Source: Candidatus Thorarchaeota archaeon
GTDB lineage: Archaea; Asgardarchaeota; Thorarchaeia; Thorarchaeales; Thorarchaeaceae
Direction: 5' to 3'
NCBI GenBank assembly: GCA_030612365.1
Contig: JAUWOA010000004.1
Coordinates: forward strand, 1 to 55,161
DNA length: 55,161 bases
In this document: piece after piece, positions 17,904 to 27,934 of the stretch
Numbering within the stretch: position 1 is the first letter of the stretch
Layout: each line of letters starts with the position of its first letter
Notes under the pieces: model-generated
The model's input: the letters and a program-made list of their open reading frames with translations, nothing else
Told to the model about the DNA's origin: nothing
Database searches by the model: none
Program-made: the position numbers and the translations under genes

Positions 17904-19424
17904 ATGCAGGATACACCTATCGACACAACTGAGATGCGCATTCTTGAGCTGAACACGCAATATCTGGGCGTAAGCCTTGGCATGTTGATGCAGGGCGCTG
18001 GGCGCGAAGTCGCTCGAACTATCATCCAGAAAGAGAAGGTGAAGAGGAAGCGCATTGCCATTCTTTGTGGCCCGGGAGGGAACGGGGGCGATGGCATGGT
18101 GGCGGCTCGGCATCTCCACGAGGCTGGGGCACATGTTGCAGTTGCTTATGTTGGCGCAGAACAGACAATTTCGAGCACTGATACTCTGTTCAACTGGGAA
18201 ATCCTGAAGAATCTGCACAGCATTGAGAGAACCGTCCTCAAGACTGAATCTTCGCTAAAGCGTTGGACCCCCCTTCAGGATTCGGACATCGTTGTTGATG
18301 CAATCCTTGGTTTTGGAGTTAAGAGCAAACTGAGAGAGCCAATCCTTGCTGCAGTGAAGTCATTCAACAAATCTAGCTCAATCAAGTATGCCATAGATGT
18401 TCCCACAGGCATTGATGCAGATACCGGCGAAATCCATGGGGCTGCTGTCAAAGCCGACTACACTATTACCTTGCATGCGCCGAAGCCAGGTCTTCTTAAA
18501 GCCAAAGATTACGTGGGCAGACTCTACATCGTGCCGATTGGAATCCCTCGTGAAGCGGAATGCATCTGTGGTCCGGGTGACGTGTGGCTGTTCAATCGAC
18601 CTCGCGCTGCAGGCGCTCATAAGGGTGACTTTGGTAGAATACTCGTCGTGGGGGGAAGCGACTTCTATTCAGGTGCTCCTGCCTTAGCGGGACTTGCAGC
18701 CCTGCGAACTGGTGCGGATCTTGTAAGCGTCTTGGCTCCTGAATCAGTGGTTACGGCAATCCGGTCCTACAGTCCCAATCTGATGGTTAGCAGTATGGGT
18801 ACAAGAATTCTCATGCGCGAATCGGCTGCAGCTGTGCTTGATGCAGCACAAGATGCGGATGTCCTCGCTCTAGGCCCGGGGCTTGGCCTTGACAAGGAAA
18901 CTGGGGCCGCTGTAATCTCCATCGTGGCGGAGCTGGCAGCCATAGGGAAACCCATGGTGATTGACGCTGACGGAATCAAGAGTCTATCCTCATCGGGCGT
19001 GAAATTTGACCCAGCGAGAAGCATCTTGACACCCCATTGGGGCGAATTGGAAGTTCTTTTGGGTGAGGATCTGGGCGATTCCACCAGTCTGGAAAACCAA
19101 ATTCAACATTCCATCAAAGCTGCATTAGAGTTCAACACTGTGATTCTGCTTAAGGGTCCGGTCGACGTAGTAGTCCATCCCGATGGCCGATACAAATTGA
19201 ATCGTACTGGTGTTCCAGCCATGACCGTGGGCGGAACAGGAGATGTGCTAACTGGCATTGCGGCAGCTCTATTGGCTCGTGGACATTCAGCCTTTCATGC
19301 GGCTTCAGCGGCGGCCTACATCTCTGGTTCGGCCGGCGAGAAGGCGTATAGCGAGCTTGGAAATCATATCACTGCAACTGACTGCATAGCTAACATCCCT
19401 TGTGCCATGGATGAATACGACTAA
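17904..19424 (+). CDS. nnr: Bifunctional NAD(P)H-hydrate epimerase/dehydratase
   Basis: CGPGGNGGDG, DAILGFG, DVPTG (YjeF_N); HKGDFG, GPGLG, DADG, LTPHWGE, GGTGDVLTG (YjeF_C). Confidence 0.93.
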   Translation: MQDTPIDTTEMRILELNTQYLGVSLGMLMQGAGREVARTIIQKEKVKRKRIAILCGPGGNGGDGMVAARHLHEAGAHVAVAYVGAEQTISSTDTLFNWEILKNLHSIERTVLKTESSLKRWTPLQDSDIVVDAILGFGVKSKLREPILAAVKSFNKSSSIKYAIDVPTGIDADTGEIHGAAVKADYTITLHAPKPGLLKAKDYVGRLYIVPIGIPREAECICGPGDVWLFNRPRAAGAHKGDFGRILVVGGSDFYSGAPALAGLAALRTGADLVSVLAPESVVTAIRSYSPNLMVSSMGTRILMRESAAAVLDAAQDADVLALGPGLGLDKETGAAVISIVAELAAIGKPMVIDADGIKSLSSSGVKFDPARSILTPHWGELEVLLGEDLGDSTSLENQIQHSIKAALEFNTVILLKGPVDVVVHPDGRYKLNRTGVPAMTVGGTGDVLTGIAAALLARGHSAFHAASAAAYISGSAGEKAYSELGNHITATDCIANIPCAMDEYD

Positions 19425-20419
19425 GTGATCAAGGGCATCGCGTTCAGGTACTCTCGCGCTAACGCGATATTCTGTTTGTTCACGGGTACCCACACAACTC
19501 CAACATCCGGTTGGCCGTATAGCATGACTGAACCTTCTGGAGCCAAGAGAACTGCTGGGAATCCCATCAAATCCTCTTCTCCTTCCACGAAAATCAACGA
19601 CTTTGCACTATCATGAATTGCGGTATTCATTACTGACCAAGCTTCGGGAAAAATCATGGCGGCAGGATTGTAGATGCGATACTCAATCTCACCCGAGAAG
19701 CTGCCCTCAAATACACCTCGCTTTGTTATGCCATCCACTACACAGACATCTGGTGTGAAACCTTTCGCGATGAGAGATGCACTGGTCACATCGCCTACCG
19801 CAATCACCAGTTCAGGCTCCTCTTCTTGAATCCGAGCAACGATCCTCTGTTCAGGATTGCTCTCCTTTGTATCGTATACTTCGCCCTTCGGTGTCTGCAA
19901 TCCAGCTCGATGCTTGTCAGGAAGGCGTCTGGGAGGTTCTGATGTTTTCCTAAGCGGACGGCCCTGACGATCTACTTCTCCAAGCCTTATCCTAGCGGAG
20001 GACATCTTATCCCCATCTTGCGCTTGGACTGGCTTTAAAGGCTCCATTCTATCTGAAAAAGCAAGCCGTTCCCTACGCATATCGAGACCTTTAGCTTCTA
20101 TTTCCACGCAGCAAGGCCCCTCGAATATCATAAACGTGGTTGGTCCCACTATCGAGATCAAGTCCTCATACGTCGAGATAACTTCAATACGTATCGTATC
20201 TTCCAGTTGAATTGATCTCAGATATGCTCGAAGGTTCTCTACCCGGAGACTCTCGGGTTGAATCAGATTATCAAGTTCCAGTCCTTTCTCGACGAGCTCT
20301 CCACATGTCACTGCGGCCACTGGTTCTGGCATATCTGATAGTCTGTCGATTAGCACATGATGTCCAACATGTAGCCTATCGAACAAGTTGAGAGCCCAAG
20401 TACCGGCCATGCGACTCAC
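19421..20419 (-). CDS. coaD: Phosphopantetheine adenylyltransferase fused to DUF359 GTP-dependent dephospho-CoA kinase
   Basis: FDRLHVGH and MSSARIR nucleotidyltransferase motifs; C-terminal AVGDVT, VDGITKR, VEGEEDL, YGQP. Confidence 0.85.
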   Translation of the reverse strand: MSRMAGTWALNLFDRLHVGHHVLIDRLSDMPEPVAAVTCGELVEKGLELDNLIQPESLRVENLRAYLRSIQLEDTIRIEVISTYEDLISIVGPTTFMIFEGPCCVEIEAKGLDMRRERLAFSDRMEPLKPVQAQDGDKMSSARIRLGEVDRQGRPLRKTSEPPRRLPDKHRAGLQTPKGEVYDTKESNPEQRIVARIQEEEPELVIAVGDVTSASLIAKGFTPDVCVVDGITKRGVFEGSFSGEIEYRIYNPAAMIFPEAWSVMNTAIHDSAKSLIFVEGEEDLMGFPAVLLAPEGSVMLYGQPDVGVVWVPVNKQNIALAREYLNAMPLIT

Positions 20420-20478
20420 GTTTCGACACCTTTGCTTGAACTTTAATATGTGTGCATCCTATCTTTGCGTAGTCAAAT

Positions 20479-21186
20479 ATGAGCAGGGCATACACGATGA
20501 GGATACTTGCAGTTGCAGATGTTCATAGTCCGCGGTTTCTTGATGAATTCATAACGAGCCTAGATAATCAATCTACACCTGACCTATTCCTAATGGCAGG
20601 GGACATGATAAACAGAGGAGCCGCCAATGAGTTTCCTCGGATTCTCGATGTGATAGAGGACAAAATTGGATGTGGCTTTCCTATTATTTCGTGTTTTGGG
20701 AACGAAGAATACTCTGAGATTAGAAGAGACTTGATTTCACAGCTACGTGACAGGATCACTTTCCTAGATGAGAAGTCAACAACGCTCGAAGTTGATGGAA
20801 CTATTTTGGGCATCGTGGGCACGCAAGGGTCTCTCGACAAACCCACGGACTGGCAGAGAATAAACGTACCCAATGTGAAGCGAGTTTTTGAGCGGAGAGC
20901 CGAACGCGCGGAAGCGCTCCTCAGGAAGACCTTGCCAAGCGTTGATTACACGATTCTGCTAATGCACTATAGTCCCTGCACTGAAACATGCGTAGGCGAA
21001 GGCAATCGGTCTTTTGCCTGGCTCGGAAGCAGAAAGTTCTACACACTCATCTCAAATTTGCAGCCTGACTTTGTGATTCACGGTCACGTGCATAATTCAA
21101 CAACACACAATGCATCCATTGGAACGACCGTTGTGCGAAATGTAGCTCTTCCAGCAGTCGGTTCCATTACTCAACTACAGCTATAG
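20479..21186 (+). CDS. Calcineurin-like metallophosphoesterase
   Basis: ADVH, AGD, GNEE, MHY, HGHVH motifs. Confidence 0.88.
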   Translation: MSRAYTMRILAVADVHSPRFLDEFITSLDNQSTPDLFLMAGDMINRGAANEFPRILDVIEDKIGCGFPIISCFGNEEYSEIRRDLISQLRDRITFLDEKSTTLEVDGTILGIVGTQGSLDKPTDWQRINVPNVKRVFERRAERAEALLRKTLPSVDYTILLMHYSPCTETCVGEGNRSFAWLGSRKFYTLISNLQPDFVIHGHVHNSTTHNASIGTTVVRNVALPAVGSITQLQL

Positions 21187-21196
21187 ATGCAGCCGC

Positions 21197-21619
21197 TCAC
21201 TCGTGGCCAGTAACTTTCATCGTTGGCTCGAACTTGTAACCGTAGACGATTATCCCGCTTTCTCCGTATTCGGTGATTTTTCTAAAGCAAGACCGGACAC
21301 GCATGTCGATATGAACGTCTTCGATGTCGCAATTTACAATCTGAGCTGTGAGCCTAGCTCCTTCATCTAATTCCACCTGCGCAACAATATATGGGATCTG
21401 TCTCTTGAACGTGTCAGGTGCTTGTCTTACAATAGCAAAAGTGTGTATTTTGCCTAGCCCTTTGAATGTATACTTCTCAAGTTGTCCTTTTCTGCGGCAC
21501 TGGGGGCACACTACACGCGGGGGGAAGTAGTAGGTGTCACAGGTTGTGCAATGGTCTCCCTGAATCGTGTAGATTGCTTTTATCTTACGCCACAATTGTG
21601 CTACGCCTTTCTCTGCCAT
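21197..21619 (-). CDS. DUF35 Zn-ribbon/OB-fold protein (thiolase/HMGS scaffold)
   Basis: CTTC..YFPPRVVCPQC, PYIVAQVELDEG, GIIVYGYKF; adjacent to the thiolase and HMG-CoA synthase. Confidence 0.92.
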   Translation of the reverse strand: MAEKGVAQLWRKIKAIYTIQGDHCTTCDTYYFPPRVVCPQCRRKGQLEKYTFKGLGKIHTFAIVRQAPDTFKRQIPYIVAQVELDEGARLTAQIVNCDIEDVHIDMRVRSCFRKITEYGESGIIVYGYKFEPTMKVTGHE

Positions 21620-21625
21620 CTCGGA

Positions 21626-22786
21626 TCATCTCCCTAGTACATGTACTATCGATGTAGCACCTGTTCCTCCAATATTGACAGACATCGCTTTCTCAACGCC
21701 ATCCACTTGCCGCTTTTCTGCATCACCCCTAAGCTGTAGTGCTAGCTCGACTATCTGAGCAACGCCGGTAGCCCCGATGGGGTGACCTCTTGCTTTGAGG
21801 CCTCCTGATGCATTGACGGGGGATTTGCCGTCGATTTCTGTCAGGCCTTCCTCTATGGCTTTGCCTCCCTCTCCCTTTTTCACAATCCCTATGTCCTCAG
21901 TTATTATTATCTCGCTGATTGTGAAGCTGTCGTGGAGTTCGAAAACATCAATATCTTTGATTGCTAGTCCCGCTACCTTCAGAGCGTTTCTTGATGAACT
22001 GACGACTGCGTTCATGCTGCAGATGTCAGCTCGGTCGTGCAGTGCGAGAGTATCGCTGGCTTGGCTAGATGCCTCTATGTACACTGGTGTGTCAGTAAAC
22101 TCCTTCGCTCTTTCTGCAGAACACATGACCAATCCTGCCGCACCATCACTAATCGGTGACGAATGAAGGACACGAATGGGGTCCGCCAGCAGTCCCGATT
22201 TCATGACTACTTCAAGTGGAACCGGTTTCTGGAATTGAGCCCAAGGATTGTGTACTGCATTCTTGTGGTTCTTGACGGTCACCAAACTCATCTGTTCTTC
22301 AGTGGTGCCGTACTCCATCATGTGACGCCTTGCCATGAACGCGTAAAGCGCAGGAAAGGTTGCGCCGAACATGCCCTCCCATTCCCAGTCAGAAGCTACA
22401 CTGATAGTATCCATTGCCATAGACTGATTGACATCACTCATCTTCTCAGTGCCAAGCACAAGCATAATGTCGTGTTCGCCAGACAGAATTGCCATGTACG
22501 CTTGACGTACTGCCGCTCCCCCACTGGCACATGCGGCTTCAACACTGTATGCAGGAAGGTCACCAAGACCTCCCCAGTCCGCTGCCTGTGCACCCAAATG
22601 CTCCTGTCCGGTGAATCGTCCAGCACTCATGTTGCCGATGATCAGGCCGTCTATATCTTTTCCTTTCACTTGAGCATCGAATATGGCGTACATTCCCGCT
22701 TCAAGCGATATCTCAGCCAAGCTCTTGTTCCAAAGCTCTCCGAACTTGCTCATCCCTACTCCAATAATTGCAACTCTCTTGCTCAT
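21626..22786 (-). CDS. Acetoacetyl-CoA thiolase (archaeal type)
   Basis: VEAACASG, ELHDSF, SGGLKARGHPIGATG. Start ATG 22786 follows the RBS GAGGTG. Confidence 0.92.
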   Translation of the reverse strand: MSKRVAIIGVGMSKFGELWNKSLAEISLEAGMYAIFDAQVKGKDIDGLIIGNMSAGRFTGQEHLGAQAADWGGLGDLPAYSVEAACASGGAAVRQAYMAILSGEHDIMLVLGTEKMSDVNQSMAMDTISVASDWEWEGMFGATFPALYAFMARRHMMEYGTTEEQMSLVTVKNHKNAVHNPWAQFQKPVPLEVVMKSGLLADPIRVLHSSPISDGAAGLVMCSAERAKEFTDTPVYIEASSQASDTLALHDRADICSMNAVVSSSRNALKVAGLAIKDIDVFELHDSFTISEIIITEDIGIVKKGEGGKAIEEGLTEIDGKSPVNASGGLKARGHPIGATGVAQIVELALQLRGDAEKRQVDGVEKAMSVNIGGTGATSIVHVLGR

Positions 22787-22796
22787 TGTTTCCACC

Positions 22797-23840
22797 TCAT
22801 CCGAGAGCCTTGAGCTTCCTCCTGTACTTAGCGTAAGTCGCGTAATTGACATACGTCTTCCTTTCAATGTAGTCTTGAACTGTGGGTACTTCTCCGCGAC
22901 GTTCGACAATCTCATCTTCTACGCGTATAACAAATGAGTCACTCCCTGCCCCTGAACCATAAGCGACCATGAATATCTTTGAACCTGGACCTGCTACATC
23001 GAGCACATTGGCCAAACCCATCATTGCAGAGCCGGAGTATGTATTTCCAATCTGACGTACTACTAGGCTGTCTTCAAGCTTCTCTTTGGGCACACCAAGC
23101 TGCCTGCCCATAGCTACTGGGAATTTTCCATTGGGGGAATGAAAGACAAAGTAATCATAATCATCCACAGTTGTGTTCGTTTTCTTGAGAAGTGCCCGCG
23201 CCCCCTCTCCGACGTGACGGAAATATGCTGGTTCACCTGTGAATCGTGCACCATGACTCGGGAATGTTTGTCCTTCTCTGCGCCAAAAATCTGGAGTGTC
23301 TGTCGTGAACGAGCTTGTATGCTCAATGGTGGCAATCACTTTCTTGTTGCCAACGAGTATCGCAACGCCTCCTGCAGCGGCAGAATATTCCAGGGCGTCA
23401 CCTGGGCGTCCTTGGGCTGTGTCCGAGCCTATGGCCAGACCGATTTTTATCATTTTGGACTTGACTAGCCCCATGCATACTTGTATTGCTGCTGTTCCCG
23501 CCTTGCATGCAAACTCGAGATCTGCACAGGTCATGTGTGGGGAACATCCTATTGCCTCGGCTACCATGGTTCCGGTTGGCTTGACGGCGTAGGGGTGTGA
23601 CTCGGAACCGACGTAGATTGCGCCGATGTTTATTGGGTCAATCTGTGCACGTTTGACAGCATTTCTTGCTGCTTCGACGCTTATGGTTGCAACATCTTCG
23701 TCAGGTCCTGGAACTGACTTCTCGAAGACGCCAAGGCCCTTGGCCAGTTTTTCTCCGTCTTCGCCCCAGACAGCCGCGATCTTCTCTGTCTTAATTCTGT
23801 ATCTAGGGATGTACACACCATAACCGATAATGCCTACCAT
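22797..23840 (-). CDS. mvaS: Hydroxymethylglutaryl-CoA synthase (archaeal)
   Basis: [42 protein letters not shown]. Confidence 0.95.
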   Translation of the reverse strand: MVGIIGYGVYIPRYRIKTEKIAAVWGEDGEKLAKGLGVFEKSVPGPDEDVATISVEAARNAVKRAQIDPINIGAIYVGSESHPYAVKPTGTMVAEAIGCSPHMTCADLEFACKAGTAAIQVCMGLVKSKMIKIGLAIGSDTAQGRPGDALEYSAAAGGVAILVGNKKVIATIEHTSSFTTDTPDFWRREGQTFPSHGARFTGEPAYFRHVGEGARALLKKTNTTVDDYDYFVFHSPNGKFPVAMGRQLGVPKEKLEDSLVVRQIGNTYSGSAMMGLANVLDVAGPGSKIFMVAYGSGAGSDSFVIRVEDEIVERRGEVPTVQDYIERKTYVNYATYAKYRRKLKALG

Positions 23841-24063
23841 TCGTTTCTCTCCTCGCTTGATTCGGTGAATGTCGAATCATTGAACGGCACTCTTCGATGG
23901 GTCCGCTTAGGGCCTCTTATCAAGGTTGTCGTCTGGTTTCTTGCTCTCGACGGCTTCCGCCGAAGGCTAGTCCAGTCTTGTTGTGTCACCGACTAGTTTG
24001 TGAGATTGCATGCACTATATATCCCTAGCGACTGAGCAAGCGAAGCCCTGCGTGTCCTGAAGG

Positions 24064-25575
24064 TTATCCAGTAGTTAAGGAATTCAATTTCACATCGAAA
24101 TTGTAACTATGCGTAACATCGTTTCGAATCGGCATCTCAAGTTGTTTCCCGATGTAATTCAAGACATCTTGCACTCTCAGGCCCAATTGCCTCTTGGTTA
24201 GATCTCGACATTCTGGTACATGTTCACTAATGGCTTTACTCAACATCCTTGCTGCCCCAGAGCTGTACTGAGTAGCTTTCTTCGGGGCTTGAGCCAACTC
24301 CATGGGTAGGCCCAATTCAATGGCTAGCTCTCGGAAGATGACCTTGCGTTCAGGGGTTTTGCCCACTGCAATCTTTCGGTTGGCTGGGATGCTAAGTGCC
24401 AGTCTCACGAACTCATGGTCAAAATACGGGAACCATGCATCAACACCGCAAAATGAGATTACTCGTTCGTCACGTTCGATATTGGTTTCATGAGTGATTG
24501 AAACCTCTTTCCTCAGTTGGACTTCGAGAGCTTCTTCGCCTCTATTCTCGTAGAGTCTAACATGTTTTGCATACCCCGCAAACAATTCATCAGGCCCCTG
24601 CCCTGAAATCACAAGTGGTATCCCCTGTCGCCTAGCTTCCCTTGCTGCAATGAAGAACGGGAGTGCAATCTCTATATCCATCCTGCGCGTGCATTCAGTA
24701 GCATAGATAACTTCAGGCAATAGATTCCACACCATCTTGTCGCTCATTGGCACCTCAATGACATCAAGAGCCAGCAAGTCTGCGGCGTGCTGAACGACAG
24801 ATGCGTCACGCGAACCTTTTGCATGTGTACTAATCAGCACAGTGTTCGTGCAATGCTTGCTCGCCAGCAATCCAGCGAGAGAGCTGTCAACGCCACCTGA
24901 GAAGAGCACAGCACACTTCGCACAATCTTCGAGCCTGGAAAATGAGCTGAGCAATGTTTGCTTCAATGACTGAATCAACTGCTCCTGAGGGATTCCTCTG
25001 ACAACGAGGGTTTCATCCATTGATAGACTCTCCTCAAGCGTGATGGTTCCTGTCCATGATACCCTCAATTCATATCCAGGATGTAAGGAATGCACATTGC
25101 TAGCACCCCCGGCCCAAAGATTCCTCTTGTCAGTGGCGAGCAGAACGGAGCCATCCACTCTGCCGTAATGAAATGGTCTGGTTCCATCAATGGATCTGAG
25201 AACCTTCAATCCTCCCGCGCCTATGACTACTACGATTGAGTTGAATATGCGCGGTAGAGAATCCTTGTCAGGGGTCCTACTCTCAAGCAAATCTCGAATA
25301 CCCGTCTTTGGAGTGGCAGTATCAACCATGGTTAACGAATCTGTCTGCAGGTCAATCAGGTCTTTGATTTTCCCGTGCGTGAAAAGTGACAGCATCATAT
25401 GGGGGCTCTGAGGGATTTCAGCTTCAGAAGACACAACCCTAATGCCTGCTTCCGTGCTCATGACCATAAAACGTTCTTCTCTGCCTCTGTGGCTGGCAGA
25501 TTCGGCCATCAGGTTAAGAATGCGCAGGCTATTTTCCGATGAAATGCTCCCTACTACGCTCGCAATGCCTGCCAT
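24064..25575 (-). CDS. Asparagine synthase (AsnB)-family ATP-dependent amidoligase with degenerate glutaminase domain
   Basis: PP-loop LFSGGVDSS, SGQGPDELFAGY, PKKATQYSSG. The N-terminus reads MAGIA instead of MCGI. Confidence 0.8.
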   Translation of the reverse strand: MAGIASVVGSISSENSLRILNLMAESASHRGREERFMVMSTEAGIRVVSSEAEIPQSPHMMLSLFTHGKIKDLIDLQTDSLTMVDTATPKTGIRDLLESRTPDKDSLPRIFNSIVVVIGAGGLKVLRSIDGTRPFHYGRVDGSVLLATDKRNLWAGGASNVHSLHPGYELRVSWTGTITLEESLSMDETLVVRGIPQEQLIQSLKQTLLSSFSRLEDCAKCAVLFSGGVDSSLAGLLASKHCTNTVLISTHAKGSRDASVVQHAADLLALDVIEVPMSDKMVWNLLPEVIYATECTRRMDIEIALPFFIAAREARRQGIPLVISGQGPDELFAGYAKHVRLYENRGEEALEVQLRKEVSITHETNIERDERVISFCGVDAWFPYFDHEFVRLALSIPANRKIAVGKTPERKVIFRELAIELGLPMELAQAPKKATQYSSGAARMLSKAISEHVPECRDLTKRQLGLRVQDVLNYIGKQLEMPIRNDVTHSYNFDVKLNSLTTG

Positions 25576-25702
25576 CCTAATCACAGCTCTCTCAAGTTAT
25601 CCCTTCACATATCACGCAGTTTGAATAATCCGCGAATTTGAGCTGGAGGAACGTTGAACTTGGAACCTGATGCAGAGTCTATCGGAGCAGTACGATGATA
25701 AC

Positions 25703-26122
25703 TCAATCGCCCTTCTGAACATCCTCAAGGACAACCATCTGCACGCCGGTTATGCCCTTGAGATGTTTGTTAAGTTCTTGAACTGACATTGAAAGCTGTT
25801 TGGGAGTGAAGTAACACTCGTAAAAGCAACGGTTTGCCGCTTGACAAATTCCGCTAGTGAAGAGGATGTCCTCAAGTCCAGCCTTCTCAAAGATCATTGT
25901 AAGTTCTTCAAGGAAGCTCTTACTTAGCTTCTCAATCTCCAATCTAAGATAGAGAACTCTGTCACTGTCTACTGGATAGAGCTTCACATTCTTGTCTTTA
26001 ATTACAAGAATCACGAGGCCGTAGGAGTGACCGATTTTTCCAACGAATTCAGCTGGCAGGGTGATGGCATTCCCTTCTTTTATCTCAAGAACGCGTGCTT
26101 GTGTCATATTACCGTTACTCAA
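25703..26122 (-). CDS. Putative regulator: AbrB-like N-terminus plus ACT-like domain
   Basis: EIKEGNAITLPAEF resembles the AbrB swapped hairpin. The C-half has an ACT-like beta-alpha-beta-beta-alpha-beta pattern. TTG start after GGAGG. Confidence 0.6.
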   Translation of the reverse strand: MSNGNMTQARVLEIKEGNAITLPAEFVGKIGHSYGLVILVIKDKNVKLYPVDSDRVLYLRLEIEKLSKSFLEELTMIFEKAGLEDILFTSGICQAANRCFYECYFTPKQLSMSVQELNKHLKGITGVQMVVLEDVQKGD

Positions 26123-26202
26123 TGTTCGTTCCTCCGGGCTGAGGGTTAATGGCAGGAAGGTGGCTCAAGATTATAATTCTTGCGGGAGAACGGATAAACG
26201 CT

Positions 26203-27780
26203 CTAGTTTCCTCTTCGGAACCAACTTCGTATCTCTCTGAGGACTCCTATGTCCGGTTTCTCCACGCTACGAAGCACCCATTGCACCTTTGAAGGTCTGT
26301 AATACTCAAGGAATGCGACTCCTCCCTCTGACCGCAGCTTCTCCATTTCCTGCAATTGCATTTGAAGCCACGCCTTCTTCGAAACTGGCATGTTTGCCGT
26401 CACGAGATCGAAGAGTCCTGGTTGTAAATCGAAGACCAAAGCTCTTTCACTCATGTAATCAAGGATGCCTTCTGCCAGAGCTTTGCTAACGTTGTCACGG
26501 TCAGTGAAGAATGATGCTGCAACTATCATATTCGGAAATTTCTCTGGAATGTTGAGAGCGAATCTGCTTGAACGACGAAACTTTGTGAGATGCGTGGCCG
26601 CATCAAGAAACAGTATTGTTTCGGGTTTTCCTTCGAATTCATCCTTGGAGATTTCAATTTCAGTTCTGACTATCTCACCTTGCTTGTCGATTACGGTTTG
26701 AATGAGCTGATCTGTGACCGGTGGAAGCTCAATATCTTCGATTCGCTCTAGGTCCTCATAGGACATCGATGAGCCCTCCCATTCCTTTTCTAAATCGGCC
26801 TTCTTCAGCTCGGACTCCCGTCTAGGGCGACGATGCGGAGGTATGTAACCAATCTGCTCAACTAAGTGCTGCAGCACGAGTGGTAGGAATAGATCATATA
26901 ATGTTCCACGCGTTTCTGTGATGAGAAGCACGGATTTTAGGTTGGTTACTCCATCGAGGAATTCAGACATGCTTTCTGATTCGCGTTCGAAGAACTTAGT
27001 CAAGTTCTCTTCCGAGTAGCCACTGGTGACTCTCTCAGTCCATTCTTTGTAAACATCCTTGACTTCCTGCCTTCTTCTGTCTTTCACCAGGTCCATGAAC
27101 TTGCCTAAGTATTTCACACCACGAGTGACAGCTATGGCTGGATTAACGAATGCTACCATCAGGCCAGCTGCTTCTCCTGCATATTCACTTGCTTCGGCAC
27201 CTCGAATCTTTCTAATGACCTCTTCAGTTAGTGTCGGAGGCCCAAGCTTTTCCGTAAGAACCCCTATCATCCCAGTAAGATCCTCAAAGGAAGCGTCGCC
27301 CGGCCGGATAATTTCACCAATTGGTGATGCATCTGACAGAACTTCTGCAAACACGTTCGGTCGGCCCACTAGCCATTCAATAGGTATTTTCAGTGAAGGG
27401 TATTCATGCAGCCAAGTTCGCTCTGAGTCCTTAGAGCCGAAGTAGAATTTCTTGGAATCTGGGAAGAGTCCATCGAATATTTCGATGAACTGATCGAAAC
27501 CGGCTCTGGTGCTCAAGCCCATTTCACCCTCCTCCAGTGAGTCAACGACAAAGACAAGCGCATGATCTTTCGTCTTCGCTTGAGCTGCCATGGACACCAT
27601 GACCTGTTTCGGAGATAGATACAGACGTTCGCTTTCTGCATAGGGTGCGTCGTAGAATGAAATCAAACCCAGTCGTTTCCACGGTTTCTCAGACATTGTA
27701 GTTCTTGTCATATGAGAGAACCACTCGAAACCTCTCATGTATCTGGGGATGCTTTCTTCATCAAACTCGGGGTTCGGCAT
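26203..27780 (-). CDS. Hypothetical soluble protein, possibly a degenerate P-loop NTPase fold
   Basis: Long ORF, probable ATG 27780 after GGAGGT. TILFLDAATHL is Walker-B-like; no Walker A was found. Confidence 0.7.
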   Translation of the reverse strand: MPNPEFDEESIPRYMRGFEWFSHMTRTTMSEKPWKRLGLISFYDAPYAESERLYLSPKQVMVSMAAQAKTKDHALVFVVDSLEEGEMGLSTRAGFDQFIEIFDGLFPDSKKFYFGSKDSERTWLHEYPSLKIPIEWLVGRPNVFAEVLSDASPIGEIIRPGDASFEDLTGMIGVLTEKLGPPTLTEEVIRKIRGAEASEYAGEAAGLMVAFVNPAIAVTRGVKYLGKFMDLVKDRRRQEVKDVYKEWTERVTSGYSEENLTKFFERESESMSEFLDGVTNLKSVLLITETRGTLYDLFLPLVLQHLVEQIGYIPPHRRPRRESELKKADLEKEWEGSSMSYEDLERIEDIELPPVTDQLIQTVIDKQGEIVRTEIEISKDEFEGKPETILFLDAATHLTKFRRSSRFALNIPEKFPNMIVAASFFTDRDNVSKALAEGILDYMSERALVFDLQPGLFDLVTANMPVSKKAWLQMQLQEMEKLRSEGGVAFLEYYRPSKVQWVLRSVEKPDIGVLREIRSWFRRGN

Positions 27781-27934
27781 GCATTCCACCTCCAATATCC
27801 TCTGGAAGTGCAGGAACAAACACAGAGTCAGTTAGATGTGAGATAAACCTATGCAATCTTTCAGCACCAACAACTATTCCGTCTACTTGATGCTCTGAAT
27901 CCGTGGCATGTGAGTTGGAAACTGTAGTCCCAAT

